Assembly: GCA_040954595.2 (NCBI GenBank)
Contig: CM082598.2
Span: 6,401,097-6,465,096 of the forward strand
Length of the DNA: 64,000 bases
Source: Balanoglossus misakiensis
Lineage: Eukaryota; Animalia; Hemichordata
Reading direction: 5' to 3'
The number at the start of each line of letters is the position of its first letter. Position 1 is the first letter of the stretch. A program made the translations under genes and the position numbers. Shown here piece after piece: positions 13,242 to 26,800 of this stretch. The notes under the pieces are model-generated. The model did no database searches. It worked only from the letters and a program-made list of their open reading frames with translations, and had not been told where the DNA came from.

Positions 13242-14480
13242 TTCTATCACATGAATGTCTCCAAAAGCTAACATGAAAACATGGAATGAGAATTGTGTAA
13301 TATTAATTCCATTGACATCGGCGGGCGCGGGTGTAGATACTTCCATCCCTGTCAAAGGAAATAAAACGATGACACAATTATAAAACAAAACAGAAACAAC
13401 AATTTTGAATGGACAATCATACAAATTGATCGGCACAATTATTGGTATATGCACAGGGTTCATTGATATATGCACTGCACACAATGGATATATTTTATTT
13501 GCGTGCTCACAATGTTTCTTTGCGTGCAGTCAAATACACACAGCAGTGAACATCAAAAGTTGTCATTTTCTGTAACAATTAAACCATAATATTTAATGCA
13601 AACAATTATGGAGTAATTATATGTAATTCATTTGTACTTTTCTTTTCTTTGGTGTTGATTTGAAACCCAGTCATATTCTGTTTCACATAGAAACAAACTT
13701 TCAGCCTCATTTTACCATAAAGCTCCAGTCTATGTACATGTATTAGTCCCACCATGAACGACGTCTATAATCGCACGTATCTATTCTTGTACGTGGAAGC
13801 GATTAGTTCCACTTTGGGCGTAACACCCTGACTGTTTTGTCGATGTCGCCGCTCGATACTGCACAGAAAAAAAACAAATCGACATGAATCGTTAAAGTTT
13901 AAGCTTGGACCTACTATCCCTATGTATAGTTGAGTGCCAATTACTGTTAGAAACAATGTTATTTAGCGATGATTTTTGAGTTAAGCAAAATATCACTCAA
14001 AGGAGTGGGTGTGGCCATGGTGTTGTGATGTTATACACACATTAATCAAAGATGTCGCTTTGGTCTACAAACAATTTGTCCAGACACGTTCTTGTCTCAC
14101 TTAAACGTCACTGTATTTGGATGATACCAAGAGGCGACGGTACGATCAGAGTTTTTTTTGACCAGAGTGGAAGATACCTGTGTTCTCTCTGATAATTTAT
14201 CCCCAAAGTTGCTATAGATTTCCCTCTTAGGGATGTACGTGCAGAACATAAACTTGTAAACTGTGCAAATTAGTATTGGTGTTGGCCATTGTGTTGTGAT
14301 GTTATACGCACATTAATCAAAGATGTCTCACTTAAAAGTCTCTGCGTTTGGATGATACCAAGAGGCGACGGTACGATCAGAGTGGGGTTTTTTTTTTTGG
14401 GGGGGGGGGGGCGCAGTGTAGAAGATACATGGGTTCTCTCTGATAATTTAGCCCCAAAGTTGCTATAGATTTCCTTTTAA

Positions 14481-15207
14481 GTCGGCATTGCACGAAATCG
14501 TCAAGACTTTTTCAGAGGCCTATTTCTCATCAAAGACAACGTTAAAACCCCAATAAACTATACATATTCTGGAAGCTGAGTTTTTGAACTTTTGTTTTAA
14601 TTGCACATTTTATTGACCCCTGGAAATGGTGGTGTTATTGGGTTAAAAACATTTTTTGATATTATGTCATTCAATTGAAATTAGGTAAAAAAGTTGACCA
14701 TGCATCATGCATCTTAATATGTCATTCGAAACTAGAGTACACGTGCAAAAAACAAAATTCTGTTTTGCGTTATCTGCTTCCATTGAGGAGTAACAGCGTT
14801 TGAAAGTTAGAATTTTAGAAAATTTGATCACATTCACGGTGAGTTGTATTGAATCAGAGTTTATTCCCGCCAGGGACACTTTATCGACTGAATATTTTTC
14901 CTGTTGCTAGATGGGTCATACACAATCCCCTGTTAACATTTGAGCAAATTCGGCCAACGCCGAGCGAAGCTAAATTCTTCTGAAGTTGTCAAGAGCAGCG
15001 AAAATGCAAACTGAAAAAACGGCCATTTGCATTGTTGACACCTATTTGTTAAGCTGTGAACTCAATCAGAAAAGTGCTATTTTTGGTTGATTATGCACCA
15101 TTTCCGCCAAGACGCATTTGTCAGAATGTGGATCAGTATTAGATTTACCGATTTATGTAAAACAAGTAAAATTTGGCAGAAATCACAACTTTTCATGCAA
15201 TGCCACC
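14481..15207. mobile_element. Kolobok-type K1 copy with adjacent deletion
   Basis: Same internal sequence as 3253-3983; the right flank jumps to a downstream TTAA (ttaacacga) of the unit. Confidence 0.8.
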
Positions 15208-16152
15208 TTAATTAACACGATTTCTCAAAGAATGTTTGGTAACAGGCTTATAGCATCTTTGCCATCTCTAAAGATCATGAAAAAACTAATTTTGAATGGA
15301 GTACCCTCGGAAACTTCTTAAAATTTCGTGTGTTTATCTGTGTGATACCATGAGGCGATCAATGATATGGTCAGGGCATTATGGCCAAAGGGGACCGTAC
15401 CTGCCCTTTCTGATAAGGGCCACATCACAAACAAAGAGAAAATTGTTTTCTCGTTATCTACATTAGACTGCATGGGCGAATCAAATTTCCAATCCCAACA
15501 TGAAAATGTAGCATCTATATTCAAGTGTAACCTGAATTAGATATTGGCAATTAAATACGACTAAAAATTTATAGCTTTATATAGTTCATCCCCGAGATTT
15601 CTCCAATATAATCCAATAAACTGTTTGGGTGCTGTCATACAGTATTATAGTCATTTACATCCAAACCAGTTCTAAAACTCAAAGTCAAGATTGTTTACAA
15701 TGTTTGTTATCATGAACTTTGACCTCAAGTTGACACATGAAGTAAATCTGTGAAGACAATCTGACCAAATATTAATTTTCATTGCCTCATCCAGTCCACC
15801 CCTATGAAGCCTGCATGTACCTGAGCATAGCAATATTTTAAAGCAAATGTTATAGATTCAAACAGGGTAACTGAAGAGATATTTCTGTGATGATATAGTC
15901 CATTTTGACCTTGTTCTATCAAACAAAGAAGCTTGCTGGAAAGACTTGAAAACTGCCTTTGTTGTTTTGGCAAAATTATGCGTACGACTAAACTGTGCAA
16001 AGGTTTTTCTGTTTAGCTTTGATCTTCTGTGCCCCAGCTCACATAGATGAGGTGCCTTCGTGCCTGGGGAGTGATGACTGCTGATTGTCTATAGCTTGGG
16101 CTCCAGGAATGTGGGCTAATTCATCTGATTGACTCGATAAGTGTACAATTAA

Positions 16153-16889
16153 GGTGGCATTGCATGAAACCGTCCAGACTTTTTCAGAGGCCTATTTCTC
16201 ATCAAAGACAACGTAAAAACTCCCCATAAACCATATATATTCTGGAAGCTGAGATTTTGAACTTTTGTTTGAGTTGCAAATATTATTGATCCCCGGAAAT
16301 GGTGGCGATTTTGGGTGAAAAAAAACATTTTTTGATATTATGTCATGAAATTTAAAATAGGTAAAAAAGTTGACCATGCATCATGCATCTTAATATGTCA
16401 TTCGAAACTACAGTACACGTGCAAAAAAACGGTAATTTTGTTTTGCGTTATCTGCTTCCATTGAGGAGTAACAGCGTTTGAAAGTTAGATTTTTAGTAAA
16501 ATTTGATCAAATTCACGGCGAGTTGTATTGAATCAGAGTTTATTCCCGCCAGGGACACTTTATCGACTACCAAAAATACCGTTTTGTTGGATGGGTCATA
16601 CACAATCCCCAGTTAAAATTTGAGCAAATTCGGCCAACGCAGAGCGAAGCTATTTTCGTCTGAAGTTGTCAAGAGCAGCGAAAATGCAAACTGAGAAAAA
16701 ACGGCCATTTGCATTGTTGACACCTATTTGTTAAGCTGTGAACTCATTCAGAAAAGTGCTATTTTGGGGTGATTATGCACCATTTCCGCCAAGACGTATT
16801 AGTCAGGGTGTGGGTCAGTATTAGGCCTACCGATTTAAGTAAAAAAAGTAAAATTTGGCAAAAATCACAACTTTTCATTCCATGCCACC
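16153..16889. mobile_element. Kolobok-type K1 copy, independent insertion at a different TTAA
   Basis: TTAA at 16149-52 and 16890-93; empty site tacaaTTAAtgtgg at ~12925. Confidence 0.85.
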
Positions 16890-18204
16890 TTAATGTGGAT
16901 TAATTAAATATTGACAGAATGAAGAAGGGACAATTATGAAGTTAAATTAGGCCAACAAAACTTCAGTTATGTGTTTCACTATTTATGGAAAAAATTAACT
17001 TGACATTGCTTTAGTACATGTAAAGTTTAAAATAGCCATTTCTATCACTAGACTCTCTCACAGCCCATGTATCGCTACAAGGCTCTTCACTGACGAGCCC
17101 AGAATCGTTTAGTAACGGAAAAGCCACATATGGTGTCGTGTAGCGAACCTTGCAATCAGACCATAAGCCTGCTGGACTGCGAAGGGGGCTGTGAGAGAGT
17201 CCTTTCTATCACATCAATGTCTCCAAAAGCTAACATGAAAACATGGAATGAGAATTGTGTAATATTATTTCTATTGACATTGGCGGGCACGGGTGAAGAT
17301 GCTTCCATCCCTGCCAAAGGAAATAAAACGATGACACAATTATAAAACAAAACAGAAACACAAATTTTGAATGGACAATCATACAAATTGATCGGCACAA
17401 TTATTGGTATATGCACAGGGTTCATTGCTAGATGCACTGCTCACAATGGATATGTTTTATTTGCGTGCTCACAAAGTTTATTTGCGTGCAGTCAAATACA
17501 AACAGCACTGAACCTCAAAAGTTGTCATTTTCTGCAACAATTAAACCATAATATTTAATGCAAATAATTATGGAATAATTACATGTAATTCATATGTACT
17601 TTTGTTTGCCTTGGTGTTGATTTGAAACCCAGGCAGTATCTCATTTTCTGTTCCACACAGAAACAAACTTTCAGCCTCATTTTACCATAAAGCTCCAGTC
17701 TATGTACATGTATTAGTCCCGCCATGAACGACGTCCATAATCGCACGTATCTCTTCTTGTACGTGGAAGCGATTAGTTCCACTTTGGGCGTAACACCCTG
17801 ACTGTTTTGTCGATGTCGCCGCTCGATACTGCACTGAAAAAAAAAAAAAAAATCAACATGAATCGTTAAAGTTTAAGCTTGGACCTACTATCCCTATGTA
17901 TAGCTGAGTGCCAATTACTGTTAGCAACAGGTTATTTTGCGATGATTTTTGAGTTAAGCAAGATGTCACTCAAAGTAGTGGGTGTGGCCATGGTGTTGTG
18001 ATGTTATACACACATTAATCAAAGATATCGCTTTGGTCCAAAAACACAATTTGTTCTGACACGTTCTTGTCTCACTTAAAAGTCTCTGCGTTTGGATGAT
18101 ACCAAGAGGCGACGGTACGATCAGGGTATTTATGGCCAGAGTGGAAGATACCTGTGTTCTCTCTGATAATTTAGCCTCAAAGTTACTATAGACTCCCCTC
18201 TTAA

Positions 18205-18915
18205 GGTGGCATTGCACGAAATCGTGAAGAGTTTTTCAGAGGCCTATTTCTCATAAAGACATCGTTAAAACCTCTATAAACCATACATATTCTGGAAGCT
18301 GAGTTTTTTAACGTTTGTTTGAATTGCACATTTTATTGACCCCCGGGTTGGTTAAAACATTTTTTGATATTATGTCATTCAATTGAAATTAGGTAAAAAA
18401 GTTGACCATGCATCATGCATCTTAATATGTCATTCGAAACTAGAGTACACGTGCAAAAAAAAGAATTTAGTTTGGCGTTATCTGCTTCCATTGAGGAGTA
18501 ACAGCGTTTGAAAGTTAGATTTTTAGAAAATTTGATCAAATTCACAGTGAGTTGTATTGAATCATAGTTTATTCCCGCCAGGGACACTTTATCGACTAAA
18601 TTTTTTTTCGTATTGTTAGATGGGTCATACACAATCCCCTGTTAAATTTGAGCAAATTCGGCCAACGCATAGCGAAGCTAAATTCTTCTGAAGATGTCAA
18701 AAGCGGCGAAAATGCAAACTGAGAGAAACGGCAATTTGCTTTGTTGAGACCTATTTCTTAAGCTGTGGACTCATTCAGAAAAGTGCTATTTTTGGTGATT
18801 ATGCACCATTTCCGCCAAGACGCATATGTCAGAATATGGATCTGTATTAGATCTACCGATTTATGTAAAAAAAGTAAAATTTGGCAGAAATCACAACTTT
18901 TTATGCAATGCCACC
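18205..18915. mobile_element. Kolobok-type K1 copy with adjacent deletion
   Basis: TTAA at 18201-04 and 18916-19; the right flank is again ttaacacga, with ~400 bp of the unit missing. Confidence 0.8.
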
Positions 18916-21496
18916 TTAACACGATTTTTCATAGAATGTTTGGTAACAGGCTTATAGCATCTTTGCCATCTCTAAAGATCATGAAAAAACTAATTTTGAA
19001 TGGAGTACCCTCGGAAACCTCTTAAAATTTCGTGTGTTTATCTGTGTGATACCATGAGGCGATCGATGATATGGTCAGGGCATTATGGCCAAAGGGGACC
19101 GTACCTGACCTTTCTGATAAGAGCTACATCACAAACAGAGAGAAAATTGTTTATCGTTATCTACATTTGACTGCATGAGCGAATCAAATTTCCAATCCCA
19201 ACATGAAAATTTAGCATCTACATTCAAGTGTATTGTGACCTAAATTGGATATTGGCAATTAAATACGACTAAACGTTTATAGCTTTATAGTTCATCTCCG
19301 CAATTTCTCCAATATAATCCAATAAACTTTTTGGCGGCTGTCATACTGTATTATAGTCATTTACATCCAAACCCCTTTTAAAACGCAAATTCAAAATTGT
19401 TTACACGTTTGTTGCTCATGAACTTTGGCCTCAAGTTGAAACATGAAGTGAATCAGTGGAGACAATCTGACCGAAAATTAATTTTCATTGCCTCATCCAG
19501 TCCACCCTTATTAAGCCATATACCTAAGCATTGCCATATTTTGAAGCAACAAGTTATAGAGTGAAACAGGGTAAACTGAAGAGATATTTCTGTAGATAGA
19601 TATAGTCCATTTTGACCTAGTTCTATCAAACAAAGAGGATTGCTGGACAGACTTGAAAACCGCCTTTGCTGTTTTGGCCAAGTTTTGCGTACGACTAAAC
19701 TGTGCAAAGTTGTTTTTGTTCAGCTCGCGTCTTCGGTGCCTCAGCTCACATAGATGAGGTGCCTTCGTGCCTGGGGAGTGATGATTGCTGATAGTCTAAA
19801 GCTTGGGCTCCCGGAATGTGGGCTAATTGATCTGATTGACTCGATAAGTCTACAATTAATGTGGATTAAATAAATATTGACAGAATGAAGAAGGGACAAT
19901 TATGAAGTCAAATTAGGCCAACAAAACATCAGTTATGTGTTTCACTATTTATGGAAAAAATAACTTGACATTGCTTTAGTACATGTAAAGTTTAAAATAG
20001 CCATTTCTATCACTAGACTCTCTCACAGCCCATGGCTCGCTGCAAGGCTTTTCACTGACGCGCCCAGAACCGTTTAGCAACGGAGAAGCCTCAAATGGTG
20101 TTGCGTAGCGAACCTTGCAATCAGACCATAAGCCTGCATCGACTGCGAAGGGGGCTGTGAGAGAGTCATTTCTATCACATAAATGTCTCCAAAAGCTAAC
20201 ATGAAAACATGGAATGAGAATTGTGTAATATTAATTCCATTGACATCGGCGGGCGCGGGTGTAGATACTTCCATCCCTGTCAAAGGAAATAAAACGATGA
20301 CACAATTATAAAACAAAACAGAAACAACAATTTTGAATGGACAATCATACAAATTGATCGGCACAATTATTGGTATATGCACATGGTTCATTGATAGATG
20401 CACTGCTCACAATGGATATATTTTATTTGCGTGCTCACAAAGTTTCTTTGCCTGCAGTCAAATACACACAGCACTGAACCTCAAAAGTTGACATTTTCTG
20501 CAACAATTAAACCATAATATTTAATGCAAACAATTATGGAATAATTACATGTAATTAATTTGTAATTTTATTTTCTTTGGTGTTCACTTGAAACCCAGTC
20601 ATATTCTGTTCCACATAGAAACAAACTTTCAGCCTCATTTTACCATAAAGCTCCAGTCTATGTACATGTATTAGTCCCACCATGAAAGACGTCCATAATC
20701 GCACTTATCTCTTCTTGTACGTGGAAGCAATTAGTTCCACTTTGGGCGTAACACCCTGACTGTTTTGTCGATGTCGCCGCTCGATACTGCACAGTTAAAA
20801 TCAATCAACATGAATCGTTAAAGTTTAAGCTTCGACCTACTATCCCTATGTATTGGTGGGTGCCAATTACTGTTAGCAACAATGTTATTTTGCGATGATT
20901 TATGAGTTAAGCAAGATGTCACTCAAAGGAGTGGGTGTGGCCATGGTGTTGCGATGTTATACGCACATTAATCAAAGATATCGCTTTGGTCTAAAAACAC
21001 AATTTGTTCCGACACGTTCTTGTCTCACTTAAAAGTCTCTGCGTTCTGATGATACCAAGAGGCGACAGTACGATCAGAGTTTTTTTTTTTTTTTTTTTGG
21101 GGGGGGGGGGGGGGCAGAGTGGAAGACACCCGTGTTCTCTCTGATAATGTTTCCCCAAAGTTGCTGTAGACTCCCCTCTTAAGGATGTACGTAACAGAAC
21201 GTAAAAATGTAAACTGTGCAAATTAGTATGTGTTTGTCTTTTCCCGTAAATGATTACATTGAGAATCGCTAGAAAAAATCACTTCTACTATTGTCATTTT
21301 CATGAAATTATACACATAGTCAGTCAAGTAAAAATAAATTCATTGGTCAAATAAAATCGTGTGGTCACTGCAATCTATTTTGAGATAAACTTTGGTAAAT
21401 GTTTTGCCCATAGACAAACCATTGGTGAAAATTGCTGACTCATTCACAGTCTTGTATTTCAAAAACAAGCGTGGTGAAACCTTTATGTTATCACAT

Positions 21497-22505
21497 GTTT
21501 GGCTCCGAAGTGTTTACACGGAGGAGTCTTTCGAATGGGGCATCAGTGTAAACTTCCGTCCGTCAACCTGTCAAGAATGCATACCATTTTCTGGTAGGGG
21601 TGTGTAGCTTTTTGTTTTTGGCGGTGGTGTGTAGCTTTGAGGTGTTGAGGAAGAATTTGAACAGTGACAGAAATCGGAACGGATTAGCCAGCGGTGTTTT
21701 CGCTACCCGCTCGCCAAATCGCAAATGCGAGAAAAAAAGTTGTGTTTGGCGAGACGATTTTCATACAAATAAGCCAAACTTGTGAAGCACTGCTATCTAA
21801 CATCGTCGTTTGTTTCGCCATGATCAACTTGCCATAAAACGCGTGAACGTGGACCGCTGTTCTGTTCATTGATCATCACCCCCTGTATCATGAACATCGC
21901 AAGGCAGTGCATTGAATTCAGCTCTTCCAGCTAGTGGCCGCACTCGCTTGTTGATTCCTGTATGTGTCTCTGGGGACGCAAAGAATGCATATGCGCCTTT
22001 TCCTAATTTGCATATTTTGAATGGGTTAGGTCTGTCTTGACTTGAACGCGTCAAGTGTACAGGTTGTTATGGAAGTTTCTTTTTAGAACCACTAGTGTTA
22101 GTCTGTCGGCCCAACCAGCAAAAAAGGTTCAAGAAATGTCATTATGTTGTATAGAAGTTTTGTACTACATGAAATTAGCTGGAAATGACGGGTGGTAAAC
22201 TATTGATGTGAAATCAGGTCACTTCTACTGAAAATGATGGACTTGAGAGCAATGACTATTTTAATTTATTTCATATACTATGTTCACAACTGCTACGCTC
22301 CCATCAACTGGGGAAACTAAATGATTGAACTTTCTGTTTGAACAATTCATGTATTTTTTTGCTAACACCTACACTACTATAGTCAGCACATGACATTACC
22401 TCTATACTTGAAAATGGAGAAAATTTTATCAAAACACTTCAGCTGATCTTGAATGCTGTCTGATATTTTTTTTTCAAAATGTATTTCTTTCACTTTTAGA
22501 CTAGT
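21497..22505 (+). mobile_element. ~1 kb insertion, Helentron/HINE-like; second copy at 26819-27808
   Basis: Inserted in a T-run with no TSD; 5' short hairpin ctccg..cggag followed by ccgtccgtc; 3' end ctagt(tt); absent from other units (e.g. ~11860). Confidence 0.5.
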
Positions 22506-23360
22506 TTAATACTTATAATTTAAGGAGAAGCCAAAAAAAATGTACCACTAAGAGAAATAAGAATACTTTCAAATCTGATTGTACATCCTTAACACAATTT
22601 CTCAAAGAATGTTTGGAAACAGGCTTTCAGCATTTTGCCATTGTCAACGTTTTGGCATCTCTTAAGATCATGAAAAAAATGGTTTAGAATGGAATACCCT
22701 CGGAAACCTCTTAATATTGTGTGTGTTTATCTGTGTGATACCATGAGGCGATCGATGATATGGTCAGGGCATTATGGCCATAGGGGACTGTACCTGTCCT
22801 TTCTGATAAGAGCTACATCACAAACAGAGAGAAAATTGTTTATCGTTATCTACATTTGACTGCATGAGCGAATTACATTCAAGGCATTTAAATGAAATTA
22901 AGATGAAGAGATTTTAACTGTCCCTGCATGCACCTATGCAACTATGAAGGACAATATAATTTCTGTGTCTGTAATGATTCATCTAGGCTTGTATGTGATC
23001 ATGCACTATCTTAGTCTAGTATCTAGCCATCAACTTTGCTTCCTAAACTAACATCTAGGTCAAGCATGCCACTGGCCCAATAAAACCTGATAGCCCTTGC
23101 TGGGAGTTGTGATCGTGCCTGGGGAGTGATGACTGCTGACTGTCTAAAGCTTGGGTTCCTGGGAAGGGTGCTAAAACATTGCTCTGACTGACTTGATAAC
23201 TGTACAATTAATGAGGATTAATTAAATCTTGACAGAATGAAGAAGGCATAATTATTATGAAGTCAAGTTTGACTCACAAAACTTCAGTTATGTGTTTCAC
23301 TATTTATGAAAAAGCAAATTAATTCAATAACTTGATATTGCAATAGTAAACAAAGTAGTT

Positions 23361-23859
23361 AGGGGTTATTACACGGATTTTTGTCGATAATGCGTCGTGT
23401 TATCGACCAAAATCCGTGTAATAACCCCTTTATCATACATGCCTACCTATAAAACAGTACGATTTGCGAAAATGCGCCGAGAAAAACAATTTCAAATTTG
23501 AACCGGGCGCTGGGATCACGGCAATAGCCATGTTGTGACGTAGACGTGTGGGCCGTAGTATCATTTTCAGGGGGTTGGCAGCTTTCATTACGATGGGCAC
23601 ATCCGCATTCTAAATAAAATTGTCTACGTTCTCTTTCAAAATATCATGTTAACAATTATTTTGCATTGAGAATTTCTAATAACCGAATTTTACAACACCC
23701 CTCTCCACTAGAGTCCTATGCCCCGTGTGTCGCTCGCGCGCGCAGCGAACTGTCGCGCTGAGACGCGGACGCGATATTTTCACATTGTGAAATACCGTAA
23801 AATATCTTCGGGGCGAGAACAATAGAAAGTGTTAAATACAGGCGTTGCATGTATGATAA
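23361..23859. mobile_element. Third small hairpin/internal-complement insertion (Crypton-like)
   Basis: 5' arm aggggttattacacggatttt pairs with aaaatccgtgtaataacccct. The internal ccgtgtaataacccctttatcatacatgc is the exact reverse complement of the 3' end (gcatgtatgataa) joined to the 5' end. Confidence 0.7.
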
Positions 23860-26800
23860 TAATTAATATCACATGAATGCCTCCAAAAGCTAAGATGAAA
23901 ACATGGAATGAGAATTGTGTAATATTAATTCCATTGACATCAGCGGGCGCGGGTGAAGATACTTCCATCCCTGCCAAAGGAAATAAACCATTGCTAATGT
24001 TTTAGACAGCAGACTAAATGGCAGGTTCGAAGGACACAATTATAAAACACAACAGAAACAAAAATATTGAATGGAAAATGTGAACATACAAATTGATCGG
24101 CAGAATTATTGGTGTATTGTTCATTGCCAGATGCACTGCTCACAATGGATATATTTTATTTGCGTGCTCACAAAGTTTCTTTGCGTGCAGTCAAATATAC
24201 AGAGCACTGAACCTCAAAAGTCATTTTCTGCAACAATTAAACCATAATATTTAATGCAAACAATTATGGAATAATTACATGTAATTAATTTGTACTTTTA
24301 TTTTCTTTGGTGTTGATTTGAAACCCAGTCATATTCTGTTCCACATAGAAACAAACTTTTAGCCCCATTTTACCATAAAGCTCCAGTCTATGTACATGTA
24401 TTAGTCCCACCATGAACGACGTCCATAATCGCACGTATCTCTTCTTGTACGTGGAAGCGATTAGTTCCACTTTGGGCGTAACACCCTGACTGTTTTGTCG
24501 ATGTCGCCGCTCGATACTGCACAGATAAAACAAATCAACATGAATCGTTAAAGTTTAAGCTTGGACCTACTATCCCTATGTATAGCTGAGTGCCAATTAC
24601 TGTTAGCAACAATGTTATTTTGCGATGATTTTTGAGTTAAGCAAGATGTCACTCAAAGTAGTGGGTGTGGCCATGGTGTTGTGATGTTATACGCACATTA
24701 ATCAAAGATATCGCTTTGGTCTAAAAACACAATTTGTTCTGACACGTTCTTGTCTCACTTAAAAGTCACCGCATTTGGATGATACCAAGAGGTGACGGAG
24801 CGATCAGGGTATTTATGGCCAGAGTGGAAGATACCTGTGTTCTCTCTGATAATTTAGCCCCAAAGTTGCTATAAATTACCCTCTCAATGATGTACGTGCA
24901 GAACGTAAACTTGTAAACTGTGCAAATTAGTATGAATTTGTCTTTTCCTATGAAGGATTTCATTGAGAATCGCCAGAAAACACTAACTTCTACTATTGTC
25001 ATTTTCACAAAATTATCCACATATTCAGTCAAGTAAAAATAAATTCATTGGTCAAATAAAATCGTGTGGTCACCGCGCTCTATTTTGAGATAAACTTTGT
25101 TAAATGTTTTGCCCATAGACATCATTGGTAAAAAAAATGCTGACTCATTTTCTGATAAGGTCTACATCGCTAACAGCCTTGTATTTCAAAAACAAGTGCG
25201 GTGAACCCATATTTTATCACAGAGTTTTTTATGCTTATAAAGGAGAAACCAAAAATGTACAATTAAGAGAAATGACAATACATTCAATTTTAATGATCAT
25301 ACAACCTTAACACAATTTTTTTAAAGACAGGTATGGTAACATGCTTTCAGCATCTTTGCCATTGTCGACGTTTTGCCATCTCTAAAGATCCTGAAAAAAA
25401 TAGTTTAGAATGGAGTACCCTGGGAAACCTCTTCAAATTGTGTGTGTTTATCTGTGTGATACCATGAGGCGATCGATGATATAGTCAGGGCATTATGGCC
25501 AAAGGGGACTGTTCCTGTCCTGATGATATGGTCAGGGCATTATGGCCAAAGGGGACCGTACCTGTCCTTTCTGATAAGAGCTACACAAAGAGAAAATTGT
25601 TTCTTGTTAATATCTAAATTTGACTGCATGGGCGAATTAAATTTCCAATCCCAACATGAAAATTTAGAATCTATATTCAAGTGTATTGTGACCTAAATTG
25701 GATATTGGCAATTAAATACGACTTAAAGTTTATTGCTTTATAGTTCATCCCCGCGATTTCTCTGCGTGCAGTCAAATACACACAGCACTGAACCTCAAAA
25801 GTTGTCATTTTCTTCAACAATTAAACGATAACATTTAATGCAAACAATTTATGGAATCATATCACATAATACATTTATATTTTCATTTTCTAAGGTGTTG
25901 ATTTGAAACCCAGGCAGTATCTCATTTTCTGTTCCACATAGAAACAAACTGTCAGCCTCATTTTACCATAAAGCTCCAGTCTATGTACATGTATTAGTCC
26001 CACCATGAACGAGGTCCATAATCTCACGTATCTCTTCTTGTACGTGGAAGCGATTAGTTCCACTTTGGGCGTAACACCCTGACTGTTTTGTCGATGTCGC
26101 CGCTCGATACTGCACTGAAAAACAAACAAATCAACATGAATCGTTAAAGTTTAAGCTTGGACCTAATATCCATATGTATAGCTGAGTGCCAATTACTGTT
26201 AGCAACAATGTTATTTAGCGATGATTTTTGAGTTAGACAAGATGTCACTCAAAGGAGTGGGTGTGGCCATGGTGTTGTGATGTTATACGCACATTAATCA
26301 AAGATATCGCTTTGGTCTAAAAACACAATTTGTTCCGACACGTTCTTGTCTCACTTAAAAGTCTCTGCGTTTGGATGATACCAAGAGGCGATGGTACGAT
26401 CAGAGTTTTTTTTTTTTTTTTTTGGGGGGGGGGGGCAGAATGGAAGACACCTGTGTTTTCTCTGATAATTTTTCCCCAAAGTTGCTGTAGACTCCCCTCG
26501 TAAGGATGTACGTAACAGAACGTAAAAATGTAAACTGTGCAAATTAGTATGTGTTTGTCTTTTCCCGTAAATGATTACATTGAGAATCGCTAGAAAAAAT
26601 CCCTTCTACTATTGCCATTTTCATGAAATTATACACATAGTCAGTCAAGTAAAAATAAATTCATTGGTCAAATAAAATCGTGTGGTCACTGCAATCTATT
26701 TTGAGATAAACTTTGGTAAATGTTTTGCCAATAGACAAACCATTGGTGAAAATTGCTGACTCATTCACAGTCTTGTATTTCAAAAACAAGCGTGGTGAAA

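Noticed and set aside
18085-18165. Plus-strand LDDTKRRRYDQG resembling J-domain helix IV, and minus-strand LISSGDIDKTVRV (spliced into the next segment) resembling WD40
   Set aside because: Short matches with no HPD motif or further repeats; these frames close quickly
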